A DNA stretch of 64,000 nucleotides from an uncultured delta proteobacterium. GTDB taxonomy: Bacteria; Desulfobacterota; Syntrophia; Syntrophales; UBA5619. The stretch is from positions 1 through 64,000 of the forward strand of contig CAWFOM010000031.1 of assembly GCA_963817385.1 (NCBI GenBank). Direction: 5' to 3'. Under the pieces are notes generated by a model that worked only from the letters and a program-made list of their open reading frames with translations, was not told the origin of the DNA and did no database searches. Both the position numbers and the translations under genes were made by a program. Of the stretch, positions 31,671 to 41,521 are shown in pieces (the first letter of the stretch is position 1; each line of letters begins with the position of its first letter).

Positions 31671-32365
31671 AAAAATATGGTAAGTTCGGACGGCCGAAAA
31701 TTTGTATGGCGCCACGCGAAAAGGGCTTTACGCTGATCGAGATCCTCCTGGCGATCTTCATCCTCGGTATCGTCCTTTCCACCGTCTATGCCTCCTATAC
31801 CGGGACCTTCCGGATCATCCGTGAAACCGAGTACGATGCCGAGATCTACGGCATGGCTCGGAGCGCCCTCGATCGGATGGCCCGTGATCTTCAGTCGGCA
31901 GCCCCCTGGCGGGGGGCGTTCTCCTTCGGGACGAAACCCTACACCCTGCATGACCGGGAGTTCGTGCGCCTCACCTTCCGCGCCGCGGCCCATGTCGCCT
32001 TCAACGAGCGCGAGATCCCGGGCGGGATTACCGTGATCGAGTACGGTGTCGATGAGGATCCGAAGAAGGAGGGCTATACCCTCTCGCGAAGCGACAACCT
32101 TTATCGCGATCCGAAGAAGGAGGCCCCCTCTCCCGGCGGCTACCTCCTGTGTGACCGGGTCGAGACGCTGACTTACCTCTTTACCGACGAAGCGGGAAAG
32201 GAATACGATTCCTGGGACTCCGACGGGGAAATTCCGGTGCAGAAGAACAGGGCCCCTTCCGGAGTTCTGATCCGTCTGAGCCTGGTGAATCCCACGAACC
32301 GGGAACGCCCCTACCTTTTCATGACCCGGGTTCGCCTTCCATTCAACCGTCGGGAGGTCCCATGA
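31667..32365 (+). CDS. gspJ: T2SS minor pseudopilin J
   Basis: KGFTLIEILLAIFIL, MARDLQSA, operon position. Confidence 0.82.
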   Translation: MKKYGKFGRPKICMAPREKGFTLIEILLAIFILGIVLSTVYASYTGTFRIIRETEYDAEIYGMARSALDRMARDLQSAAPWRGAFSFGTKPYTLHDREFVRLTFRAAAHVAFNEREIPGGITVIEYGVDEDPKKEGYTLSRSDNLYRDPKKEAPSPGGYLLCDRVETLTYLFTDEAGKEYDSWDSDGEIPVQKNRAPSGVLIRLSLVNPTNRERPYLFMTRVRLPFNRREVP

Positions 32366-33339
32366 AATTAGGACGGTCGAACCGCCGGGGCGTCGCCCTT
32401 ATCATCGTTCTCATGATGATCAGCATTATCGTGGCCTTGACGATCCAGCTCAACCGGGATACCCGTTCCGAGGTTTACGGGGCGGCGAACATCAGCGACG
32501 GGATCCGCCTCCGCTACATCGCCGAGTCCGGCTTCTACGTGGGCGAGGCGCTCCTCTTGGCGGACAAGACGTCGTTCGACGCCCTGACGGAACTGTGGGC
32601 GAACACCGAGATGATCGCCCTCCAATCCGAGGGGTTCTTCGATAACGGCGGGGCCTTTAAACTGGCCATCCAGGATGAGGGAGGCAAGATTGCCGTCAAC
32701 AGCCTCGTAAACGGAACCACATACAACCCCCTGATCCGTGATCTCCTCCTGCGGCTCCTCACCGGACCGTACTTCCGCCTGGAGCAGCGCAAGGCCGAGG
32801 ATCTCATCGACGCGATAAAGGACTGGATCGATGCCGATGAGGAGGTGACCGGCGGCGGCGCCGAGGGAGCGTACTACGCGGGACTGGCACGGCCGTACGC
32901 CGCCAAGAATGCACCTATTGATTGCATTGAGGAATTATTGATGGTAAAAGGCGTGACGCGTGAACTATTTTACGGTACGGGAGAATCCCCGGGACTGGTA
33001 CAGTGCATGACCGTTTTCGGCGACGGGAAGATCAACATCAACACCGCCCCAAAGGCGGTGCTCAGGGCGCTCGCGGTGGAGATGACGGACGGGGAAATCG
33101 ACTGGCTCGACCAGTACCGGAGGGATATGCGGAACGACTTGGCTGACGCCGGTTGGTATCAGAAGATTCCCCGGGCATCCAAACTCAACGTCCCCGCGGG
33201 GTTGATCAAGGTCAAAAGCGATATCTTTCAGATCACGGCCGTCGGCCTTCAAGGGCGGATGACCGAGCAGATCACGGGTATCGTCAAACGGGAAGCGGAT
33301 CGGCGGAAGGTCACGCTGTTGTCTTGGAAGGTGGAGTAA
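32362..33339 (+). CDS. gspK: T2SS minor pseudopilin K
   Basis: RGVALIIVL (no E5), IQDEGGKI, DWIDAD, ELLMVKG, ININTAP. Confidence 0.92.
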   Translation: MKLGRSNRRGVALIIVLMMISIIVALTIQLNRDTRSEVYGAANISDGIRLRYIAESGFYVGEALLLADKTSFDALTELWANTEMIALQSEGFFDNGGAFKLAIQDEGGKIAVNSLVNGTTYNPLIRDLLLRLLTGPYFRLEQRKAEDLIDAIKDWIDADEEVTGGGAEGAYYAGLARPYAAKNAPIDCIEELLMVKGVTRELFYGTGESPGLVQCMTVFGDGKININTAPKAVLRALAVEMTDGEIDWLDQYRRDMRNDLADAGWYQKIPRASKLNVPAGLIKVKSDIFQITAVGLQGRMTEQITGIVKREADRRKVTLLSWKVE

Positions 33340-34871
33340 TGCCCGAACGAATCTTGGGCCTCGATATCGGCGGAAGCGCCCTCAAGGCGGTTCTCCTCTC
33401 CCGGGGGTTCCGGGGTGGATACCGTCTGCTCGACTTCCGCCTGATCGATCTCGCCGCCGCGGGCGGCCTCCCGGAAGCCGTACAGCAGCTTTTCGCGGAT
33501 GGAACCTTCCGCGGATCGGTCTGTGTGACGGCGCTCCGTTCCGGCGCCCTCTCGTTTCGGAACGTCACGCTTCCGTTTCGCGACCAACGGAAGATCCGTC
33601 AGACCCTCCCGTTTGCCATCGAACCCCTGATCCAGACGCCCCTCGATGACGTCTTCATCGATTACACGCTGACCGGTCGGGTGGGACAAACGGAGATCTT
33701 CGCCGCACTCGCCCCCCGTACCCTCGTCGGCGATCGGACAACGCTCCTAGCCGAATACGTGCGCGAGACGGCCGTGATCGACATCGATGCCGTACCCCTC
33801 GCCACGCGCCTCATGGAGGAGCGGGACTTTCCGGAGACCGCGCTCGTCGTCGATATCGGCGCCCGGGAGACGGTCGCGGTGTTCGCGGGCAGGGAACGGA
33901 TCATCCACATCCGCAATTTCCCCTTCGGCGGGGAGAGCGTGACCGCCGCCCTGGCGGAGTTCATGAACAGCGGATTGTCCGAAGCGGAGGCGATGAAGCG
34001 AAGCGGAGAAATCGCACCGGAGGCGTCGGCCGTCATCCGGGAGCATTACGGCCGGTTCCTGGCCGAGCTCAAAAACACCGAGGAGTACCTCCTCTGGCAG
34101 GGCAGCCTCGCCCAACCGCCCGCACGGATCATTCTGACCGGGGGCGGTTCGCGGACGCCCGGGCTCGCGGAGGGGCTCGCGGAGCTCTTTGCCGTTTCGA
34201 TCGAACGGACCGACCTTGCCGGGATGGAGGGCATTGAGATCGAAGAGACGCTCCGGCAGTCATGGGATGCGGCCCTCATGGATCAGGCGCTCGCCCTGGC
34301 GGCCAGGCCCATGGCCAAGGGGCGTGGTTTCAATTTCCGCCAGCGGGCGTCCGAGGCGCGGGCCGGCTATGGGGAGCTCCGGGGTCGCGTGAAGAAGGGC
34401 GCCATCGCGGCGCTCGTTGTCTTGATCCTGGCCGGCGTCGAGATCGGTCTCGACGACGCCGCCGCCCGCCTCCGCCTGGCGGCGTTGAAACGGGACGTCA
34501 ATTCGGAATTCAAGAAAAGTTATCCGGATGTTACGCGGATCGTCGATCCGGTCGCCCAACTGAAGGGGAAAATCGCAGAGGCCCGGAAGCTCTCCGCCGG
34601 TATGGGGGACGCCGCCTCGGCGGCGACGGTCCTGGATCTGCTGAAGGAGTTCACCGGTCTCGTCCCCGCAGATCTCCTCCTGACGTCGCTAAACCTCGAC
34701 GGGGATGTGATCGGTCTCAAGGGGGAGGCGCGGAATTTCGATGCCGTGGATACGATCAAAAAGGCGCTTGCGAACTCGAAATACTTCAAGACGGTAACGA
34801 TCGGTTCGAGCAGCATGATCAAGCAGGGGAGCGGGGTGGAGTTTGATTTGAAGATCACGGTTAAGAAATGA
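33339..34871 (+). CDS. gspL: T2SS protein L (PilM-like N-terminus + TM + PilN-like)
   Basis: ILGLDIGGSALKAV, LPF, VVDIGA, ILTGGGS, FNFRQ before TM. TAATG coupling to gspK. Confidence 0.85.
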   Translation: MPERILGLDIGGSALKAVLLSRGFRGGYRLLDFRLIDLAAAGGLPEAVQQLFADGTFRGSVCVTALRSGALSFRNVTLPFRDQRKIRQTLPFAIEPLIQTPLDDVFIDYTLTGRVGQTEIFAALAPRTLVGDRTTLLAEYVRETAVIDIDAVPLATRLMEERDFPETALVVDIGARETVAVFAGRERIIHIRNFPFGGESVTAALAEFMNSGLSEAEAMKRSGEIAPEASAVIREHYGRFLAELKNTEEYLLWQGSLAQPPARIILTGGGSRTPGLAEGLAELFAVSIERTDLAGMEGIEIEETLRQSWDAALMDQALALAARPMAKGRGFNFRQRASEARAGYGELRGRVKKGAIAALVVLILAGVEIGLDDAAARLRLAALKRDVNSEFKKSYPDVTRIVDPVAQLKGKIAEARKLSAGMGDAASAATVLDLLKEFTGLVPADLLLTSLNLDGDVIGLKGEARNFDAVDTIKKALANSKYFKTVTIGSSSMIKQGSGVEFDLKITVKK

Positions 34872-35419
34872 AACATTTCTGGGATCAGCTGACGAAGAAT
34901 CAGAAACTTACGGTAACGGCAGGACTCGTCTTTGCAGGGGCGGTCCTGCTCGTCCAGTTCGCCGTCGTTCCCTACTTCGAGGCCCGGCTAACCGTGCGCC
35001 GCGCGATCGCCGCCAACGAAAAGGTCATCCGCGAGCTCGGTGTGCTGGGGACGGAGTACGGCGTCATTCGGCAGCGAGCGGAAGAGATCCGGCGGGTTAT
35101 CCAGCGGCGGCCGCCGGGGTTTGCGCTCCTCTCCTATCTGGAAAAACGGGCCGGCGATGCGGGGGTAAAGGCGAACATCCGCTCCATGAACCCGCTGCCG
35201 TCCGCCCCTGCGGGGACCTATGAGGAGACCGCCGTGGAAATGAAACTGGATAAACTGACAATGAAGCAATTGACCGACTTTCTCTACCTGGCGGAATCAC
35301 CGGAGGAGATGATCCGGGTCCGGAGGCTCTCTCTCGTCAAGATGAAAGAGAGTCCGGAATATCTGAGTGCGCTGATCCAGGTGTTCACCTATCAGCCTCT
35401 GTCTCCCGGGAGTCGCTGA
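34868..35419 (+). CDS. gspM: T2SS protein M
   Basis: N-terminal TM, position after gspL. Confidence 0.75.
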   Translation: MKHFWDQLTKNQKLTVTAGLVFAGAVLLVQFAVVPYFEARLTVRRAIAANEKVIRELGVLGTEYGVIRQRAEEIRRVIQRRPPGFALLSYLEKRAGDAGVKANIRSMNPLPSAPAGTYEETAVEMKLDKLTMKQLTDFLYLAESPEEMIRVRRLSLVKMKESPEYLSALIQVFTYQPLSPGSR

Positions 35420-35420
35420 C

Positions 35421-36254
35421 ATGAAACTGAGGTTGAATGGGGCCATTGCAGGGTATATCCTGGCCGGCATTGTGATGCTGCTTGTCTTCCTCTATCTGCG
35501 TTTCCCCGCAGAGGCCCTGAGGAGTTACGCGGAGGCGGTTGCCGCCGCCCGGTATCCCCAGGCCTTGCTCTCCATCGACGCGATCCGCCCGTCCATACCG
35601 CCGGGACTTGCGTTTTCAGGTATCACGGTCGCTTTCCGTGACAGCCCGGATGCGGCCCTCCATGTGGATCGCCTGAGCGTCCGCCCCGGAGGGCTCTCCC
35701 TGCTGAGTGGGCGCTTTACGATCCTCACAGCGGCGGAAGGCTACGGTGGCGGGATGGAGGGCCGGGTCGATTTTTCACGGCTTTTTTCCCTCCAGGGACC
35801 GCTCAGTGCAACGGTGAGCCTCCGGGATATCCGCATCGAGAAGTGTGCGTGGCTCAAGGAGGCCCTTGCCCGCCAGATCACGGGGGCGTTGAAAGGCTCC
35901 ATCGCTTTCAGCGGGACCGCGGAGACGCTGAAGAATGGTACGGGCAACGTCGATTTCACCCTGACGAACGGTACTTTTCCGCTCCAGGAGAGTTTCTTGG
36001 GCATGGAGAAGATCGATTTCAGCCGGGTGGAGGGAAAGGCCAGTTTCCGGAACGGGGCGCTGAAGGTCACCCAGTTGACGCTGAGCGGGGAAAAGCTCAG
36101 GTGTTCCCTGAAAGGGAATATCCTCCTTGCCGATGATTTCCAGGCAAGCCAGATCGATCTGAACGGCACCATCGAGCTCCCCGCGCAGGGCAATAAACGG
36201 GTGGTGCTGACCATCGGCGGCACCATCGGCAATCCGAAATCGCGGTTCATGTGA
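35421..36254 (+). CDS. gspN: T2SS protein N
   Basis: FLYLRFP N-terminus, beta-rich, C-terminal IGGTIGNP. Confidence 0.75.
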   Translation: MKLRLNGAIAGYILAGIVMLLVFLYLRFPAEALRSYAEAVAAARYPQALLSIDAIRPSIPPGLAFSGITVAFRDSPDAALHVDRLSVRPGGLSLLSGRFTILTAAEGYGGGMEGRVDFSRLFSLQGPLSATVSLRDIRIEKCAWLKEALARQITGALKGSIAFSGTAETLKNGTGNVDFTLTNGTFPLQESFLGMEKIDFSRVEGKASFRNGALKVTQLTLSGEKLRCSLKGNILLADDFQASQIDLNGTIELPAQGNKRVVLTIGGTIGNPKSRFM

Positions 36255-36267
36255 GGGGGAGGAGGAT

Positions 36268-36447
36268 GGCGGAGATGGCGTTTCATCGGGGCTCAGGATC
36301 TTTTTCCGACCATGCGCATCCTCGCTGCGCTGCCGGGAAAAAACTCGCGCTTCGCGCTCAGACAGTTTTCCCGGCGGTCGCTCCGCTCGGACGGCATGGT
36401 GCCCGGAAAAATCTCCCAATCGCCCCTCATGAAACACCAACTCCGCC
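36268..36447. repeat. Long nested imperfect hairpin between gspN and gspC
   Basis: GGCGGAGATGGCGTTTCATCGGGGC pairs with GCCCCTCATGAAACACCAACTCCGCC. Inner stems TTTTTCCG/CGGAAAAA and GCCGGGAAAA/TTTTCCCGGC. Confidence 0.75.
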
Positions 36448-36506
36448 CCTTGGAGTGGGCGGAATTTCGAAGGGCGTGTGGGGATGAATATGGAAGGTGT
36501 GAAGTA

Positions 36507-37403
36507 GTGGACTGGTCGCGTTTTTTCCATGTGTCGCTTGCTGATTTCCGGGGACTCGTCTCCCGGCGGACGATGATCCTCGCCGCAATGGCGGTGATCC
36601 TCTTTCAGGCGACAGGGATCTTCTACAAGGCCCTGACACTCCAGCTCATCAGGATGAGACCGGCGCCGGCGGCGACGGAGAAAGTGCGGGCGACGGCTGT
36701 TCCCATCCGCGATCCGGCGGATGCCTACCGGGTGATTCCGGAGCGAAACCTCTTCGGGACAACGACCAAGGCCCTTACGGATAAACAGACCGCCGCAGTG
36801 CCGCAGCAACAGGATGTCGCATTGCTCATCGATCTCAAGGGAACCGTCGCCGGGGGACCCAAATACGGGTTTGCGGTTATCGAGGAGAAAGGAACGCGGA
36901 AACAGCGGCTCGTGAAAGCGGGGGATCTCGTCGCCGGGGCAAAAGTGGTCCGGATCGAGCGCAACGCCATCAACGTCCTCGTCAACGGTCAGGAACGGAC
37001 TCTCAAGATAGTGGAGACCCACGAGGGACCGATCGTACCGCCGCCGAGAACTCCGGTCGCGCCGACGGCGCCGCCGACGCCGGCCGGGGCGACCGTGATC
37101 AGCCGGAACGAGGTCGACGCAGGACTCCAGGATATGGGAAGCCTGCTCAGGCAGGCGCAGATCCGGCCCTACTTTGAAGGGGGGGTTCCCGACGGTTTCC
37201 TGATCAGCAACATCAGGCCGGGAAGCCTCTACCAGAAGATGGGGGTCGTCGATGGGGATATCATCCAGGAGGTGAACAACCGGAAGATCCGGACGGCGGA
37301 TGACGTTATGGGCTTGTTGAACACGATCAAAGCCGGATCGAGCATGTCTATGACCATCAAACGCCGGGGAAGCTCGGAGACGTTGAATTACCAGTTTCAG
37401 TAG
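36507..37403 (+). CDS. gspC: T2SS protein C with PDZ domain (start uncertain)
   Basis: TM, ERNLFG, LKGTVAG..FAVIE, GFLISNIRPGSLYQKMG..GDIIQEVN. Confidence 0.85.
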   Translation: MDWSRFFHVSLADFRGLVSRRTMILAAMAVILFQATGIFYKALTLQLIRMRPAPAATEKVRATAVPIRDPADAYRVIPERNLFGTTTKALTDKQTAAVPQQQDVALLIDLKGTVAGGPKYGFAVIEEKGTRKQRLVKAGDLVAGAKVVRIERNAINVLVNGQERTLKIVETHEGPIVPPPRTPVAPTAPPTPAGATVISRNEVDAGLQDMGSLLRQAQIRPYFEGGVPDGFLISNIRPGSLYQKMGVVDGDIIQEVNNRKIRTADDVMGLLNTIKAGSSMSMTIKRRGSSETLNYQFQ

Positions 37404-37418
37404 CGGTGGGTTGCCGTC

Positions 37419-38339
37419 ATGTATGAAGCCTATTTCGGGCTGCAGGAAAATCCGTTCACGCTTTCGCCCGATCCGCGGTACCTCTATCTGAGCGCGCAAC
37501 ACCGGGAGGCGCTGAACTGCCTGATCTACGGAATCGGCGAGAAGAAAGGGTTCATGGTGGTCACCGGCGGTATCGGCACCGGAAAGACGACCCTCTGCCG
37601 CGCCCTTCTGGCCGGCCTTGACGGGGCGACGGCGAGCGCGCTGATTTTCAATCCCGCCCTCTCCGATATCGAGCTTTTGAAGACGATCAACCAGGAATTC
37701 GGGATCAAGATGGTGGGACGGGGTACAAGGAAGCGATATCTCGACGGCCTCAATGCCTTTCTCATGCGGAATTTCGCCGCCGGGAAGAACGCCGTTCTTT
37801 TGATCGACGAAGCGCAGAACCTGTCGCACAGCGTTCTGGAACAGATCCGGATGCTCTCGAATCTCGAGACGGTCCGGGAGAAGCTCATTCAGATCGTTCT
37901 GCTGGGCCAGCCGGAGCTCCGGCGGCTCCTCGCGCTGCCGTCGCTCCGCCAGCTCAACGAACGGATCACGGTCCGCTACGACCTGAAGCCCCTTGCCCGG
38001 GAGGATGTCAAGCGGTATATCGAACACCGGCTGGTCATGGCGGGAGGGGAGACAAACGGTATTTTTGCCGCGGGGAGTTATGCGCTGATCTCGCGCCTGT
38101 CGCGGGGGATCCCGCGGCGGATCAACGCAATCTGCGACCGGGCGCTGCTCATCGCGTACGGCAGGGATCTGAGGACCGTCGATCGCCGTCTCGTCCGGGC
38201 CGCCATCCGGGACATCGGGCCGGGTTATCTGACGGAGACGGATGTGCGGCGGAGCGCGGTCCGGATTCTTCTCGCGGTGCTCGTTGCAGCGGCCCTGCTT
38301 TTGGCCGGCGGGTACCTGGTCGTCAAAGTGCTTGACTGA
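37419..38339 (+). CDS. exeA: ExeA/GspA-family AAA ATPase, short form with C-terminal TM
   Basis: MYEAYFGLQENPF..PDP, TGGIGTGKTT, LIDEAQNL, LLGQPEL, GIPRRIN..CDRAL. Confidence 0.88.
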   Translation: MYEAYFGLQENPFTLSPDPRYLYLSAQHREALNCLIYGIGEKKGFMVVTGGIGTGKTTLCRALLAGLDGATASALIFNPALSDIELLKTINQEFGIKMVGRGTRKRYLDGLNAFLMRNFAAGKNAVLLIDEAQNLSHSVLEQIRMLSNLETVREKLIQIVLLGQPELRRLLALPSLRQLNERITVRYDLKPLAREDVKRYIEHRLVMAGGETNGIFAAGSYALISRLSRGIPRRINAICDRALLIAYGRDLRTVDRRLVRAAIRDIGPGYLTETDVRRSAVRILLAVLVAAALLLAGGYLVVKVLD

Positions 38340-38346
38340 GAGGGAA

Positions 38347-39111
38347 ATGAGTTATATCAATGACGCTCTGAGAAAGGCCCAGCGGGAACGGGACGGCCGC
38401 TATGAGCGGTTTGGCGGTATCATCACCGCCGGCCCCGAACGGCCGGGGCAGCCCCGAAAACGGAGGGTCGCCGTCGGCGTAACGGTGATGCTGCTGGTCC
38501 TGATTCCGGCCGGTCTGCTCCTTGCCGTTTACGTCTTGCAGCAGCCGTCCCCCGTAAAGAAGGGGACCTTCCCGCATGTCGCCGCGGGAAAGTCAGCCAT
38601 GCTTCAGACCGCGACTCCGCCGGCAGCGAGGGAAGTGGTTCCGGAGGGCACGGTCTCGAAAGGGCCGCCGGCAGAAACGACGGCGGTTACGGCGGACGGA
38701 AAGCCTCTCCGCGGTGAAGCGGAGCTCCGGTATCAGGAGGCCCTTTCCGCCCAGCGCCAGGGGGATGTCCCAAAAGCGGAGGCCCTCTATCAGAGGGTTT
38801 TGAAGCTGGATCCCGGTGATGTACGGGCCTTGAACAATCTCGGGGTCATCCTCATGGGGCAGAAGAAGCGGGAGCGGGCGATTGCGTTGTTCAGCAAGGC
38901 CATCGTCCTGAAGAAAGATTACGTCGATCCGTATTACAATCTGGCCTGTCTCTACGCTCAGACCAATGAGATCGACGAGAGCATCTGGTATCTGAAGGTT
39001 GCCATGGCCATCAATGGCGAGGTAAAAAACTGGGCGGAGAAGGACGCCGATATGAAGAATGTCGTTGCATCCCCCGCATTCAAGAAGATCAGGGAGGGGC
39101 AGAAAAACTGA
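38347..39111 (+). CDS. GspB/ExeB-like membrane protein with TPR domain
   Basis: MSYINDALRKAQRER N-terminus, TM, TPRs (ALNNLGV, YYNLACLYA). Confidence 0.75.
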   Translation: MSYINDALRKAQRERDGRYERFGGIITAGPERPGQPRKRRVAVGVTVMLLVLIPAGLLLAVYVLQQPSPVKKGTFPHVAAGKSAMLQTATPPAAREVVPEGTVSKGPPAETTAVTADGKPLRGEAELRYQEALSAQRQGDVPKAEALYQRVLKLDPGDVRALNNLGVILMGQKKRERAIALFSKAIVLKKDYVDPYYNLACLYAQTNEIDESIWYLKVAMAINGEVKNWAEKDADMKNVVASPAFKKIREGQKN

Positions 39112-41513
39112 TGCCGCTTGCACGCACGATGTTATCCCGGCCCTCCGGAAGGCCGGCTGGTCGCTTTTCCTCCGGCTCTCGCCGGAGCAGTTCCGGATTG
39201 TCTGTCACACGGGGACGATGTTCAACGATAGGGGGAATAACCCTCATTATCGTTGCGTTCTCCGTTATCGTTTTCCTCTCACCCGCTGCCGTCCAGGCGG
39301 TACGTATTGCGGGGGAAGAGCAGCCGGTGCCGACCGTCCCGTCTCAGCCGCCGGTTCCCGTTGCACCGAAATCCGGCGACCGGCAAGAGGTTCCGGCAAA
39401 GACGGGAACGGCGCAGCCTGCCGGCGGCAAGGTTGCCGCTCCTGCCGGCGTCGTTCTACCTCCGCCGGCGCGGTCCGCACCGGTTTCAAAACCTCCGGCC
39501 GCTTCCGCGCAAAGGGCTGCCGGGCAGTCGTTGCAGTTCCCATCAGGAGAGCCGCCGGCCGAACCGCCGGCGGAGAAGACGGCGGGAGAGCCCGTCGCCC
39601 AGTCACCGCCACAGCCGGCGCCACCGCAATCTTCCGGCCCCGCGCAGGGTACCCGGTATGTGACGATCGACTTCGACAACGTCGATATCCAGGTGTTCAT
39701 CAAGTTCGTCAGCGAACTGACCGGTCGGAACTTTCTCGTCGACGACAAGGTCAAGGGAAAGGTGACGGTAATCTCCCCAAAGAAGATCGCCATCGACGAT
39801 GTCTATAAGGTATTCCAGTCGGTTCTGGAGATTTATGGTTTTGCCACCGTTGAGGCGGGCGACGTGATCAAGGTGATCCCCGCCGTCGACGCCCGGGGGA
39901 AGAACCTGGAGTTCCTCCGGAAGGGGGATGCGGTCGAGGTCGAGGACAAGATCGTGACGCAGATCCTCTCTCTCCAGCACGCGAGCGCCGACGATATGAA
40001 AAAGGTTCTCGACCCGCTGATCTCCAAAACGAGCATCATCCTCTCCTACCCGCCGGCGGGGATGCTGATCATCACCGACGTCCAGTCCAACATCAAGCGG
40101 CTCCAGGAGATCGTCGCCGCCCTCGATGTGGAGGGGGTCGGGGAGGTGATCTCCTATGTCCCGCTTAGGGCGGCGTATGCGACGGAGATCGTCAAGTCGC
40201 TGATCGCCGTCTTCCCGCCCCAGAGGCCGGGGATCATGGCGATCCGTATCGTGGCGGACGAACGGACCAACTCCGTCATCTTGATGGCGAACGAACAGCA
40301 GACGATCCACATCAAGAAGCTCATCGGCTTCATGGACAAGGACATCCCCCGCAGCGGCAGTTCCCTCAACGTCTACCGTCTCCAGAACGGCAACGCCGAA
40401 GACATGGTCAAGGTCCTCATGAACCTCCCCAAGGAGGTGTCCAAAGACCCGAAAGACCCGAAACAGGCGGGCGCGGCCAAGACCCCCGTCCTCTCCAAGG
40501 ATGTGAACGTGGTGGCGGACAAGGCCACCAACACCCTCATCATCACCGCGGACCGGGAAGACTACAAGGTCCTCGAAGGGGTGATCCAGAAGCTCGATGT
40601 GCCGCGGCCGATGGTCTACATCGAAGCCCTGATCATGGAGGTGTCGGTCAACAAGAACTTCAAAGTCGGTGTGGAGTGGCGCGGTCTGAAAGATATCGGC
40701 AGCGCAGATCTCAAGAACCTGGGGCCGAATGCGACCGCCATCGGCATGGCCGGATTCACCGGCCAATCCATCATTCCCCAGCTCAACACCCAGGGCATAC
40801 CCGTCATGCCCGGCGGCCTTTCCCTGGGGGTGATCGGTGCGGCGATCAATATCGGCGGCGTGGCCTTTCCCAACATCGGGGCGGTCATCCAGGCATTTAA
40901 GGAGGACTCGGATGTCTCCATCCTCTCCACGCCCCAGCTCCTGACGCTCAACAACGAGGATGCCGAGATCAACGTGGGGAAGAACGTCCCCTACATCACG
41001 CGCACGGATACCTCCGCGGTCGTCCCCGGCCAGACCTTCGGAAGCAGCTATGAGTACAAGGACGTCGGCGTCATCCTCAAGATCACGCCCAACATCAACG
41101 AGGATCAGTTCGTCCGTCTCAAGATCGACCAGCAGGTGACTGCGCTCGCCGACGCAACGACGACCGCGACGCCGACGACGCTGAAGCGGACGGCCAAGAC
41201 GACCGTCGTCATCAAGGACAACGAGACGGTCGTCATCGGCGGAATGATCGACGATACGACCAGCGTCGATACGGTCGGAGTCCCCTGTATCGGAGACATC
41301 CCCGTCGTGGGGTGGCTTTTCAAGACGATGAACCGCAGCCGGGCGAAGAGCAACCTCTTCGTGTTCATCACCCCCCACATCGTCCGGAACCAGGCGGAGG
41401 CAGCGGCCATCTACGAAAAGAAGCTGGGCGACATCGGCAACGTCGAGGAGGGTATCATCAAGATGAATGAGAAGAAAACCCTCCAGAAGCCGCAGATCGA
41501 CCAGAAGAATTGA
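39111..41513 (+). CDS. gspD: T2SS secretin D with Pro-rich N-terminus
   Basis: VTIDFDNVDI..SELTGRNF, ADERTNSVI, LDVPRPMVYIEALI, LSTPQLLTLNN, PCIGDIPVVGWLF, VFITPHI. Confidence 0.95.
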   Translation: MPLARTMLSRPSGRPAGRFSSGSRRSSSGLSVTRGRCSTIGGITLIIVAFSVIVFLSPAAVQAVRIAGEEQPVPTVPSQPPVPVAPKSGDRQEVPAKTGTAQPAGGKVAAPAGVVLPPPARSAPVSKPPAASAQRAAGQSLQFPSGEPPAEPPAEKTAGEPVAQSPPQPAPPQSSGPAQGTRYVTIDFDNVDIQVFIKFVSELTGRNFLVDDKVKGKVTVISPKKIAIDDVYKVFQSVLEIYGFATVEAGDVIKVIPAVDARGKNLEFLRKGDAVEVEDKIVTQILSLQHASADDMKKVLDPLISKTSIILSYPPAGMLIITDVQSNIKRLQEIVAALDVEGVGEVISYVPLRAAYATEIVKSLIAVFPPQRPGIMAIRIVADERTNSVILMANEQQTIHIKKLIGFMDKDIPRSGSSLNVYRLQNGNAEDMVKVLMNLPKEVSKDPKDPKQAGAAKTPVLSKDVNVVADKATNTLIITADREDYKVLEGVIQKLDVPRPMVYIEALIMEVSVNKNFKVGVEWRGLKDIGSADLKNLGPNATAIGMAGFTGQSIIPQLNTQGIPVMPGGLSLGVIGAAINIGGVAFPNIGAVIQAFKEDSDVSILSTPQLLTLNNEDAEINVGKNVPYITRTDTSAVVPGQTFGSSYEYKDVGVILKITPNINEDQFVRLKIDQQVTALADATTTATPTTLKRTAKTTVVIKDNETVVIGGMIDDTTSVDTVGVPCIGDIPVVGWLFKTMNRSRAKSNLFVFITPHIVRNQAEAAAIYEKKLGDIGNVEEGIIKMNEKKTLQKPQIDQKN

Positions 41514-41521
41514 GAGGCGTT

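Noticed and set aside
36312..36506. N-terminal extension of GspC (and of the ACAD at 60579-60674)
   Set aside because: These are translations of palindromic repeat elements, and downstream starts with RBSs exist.
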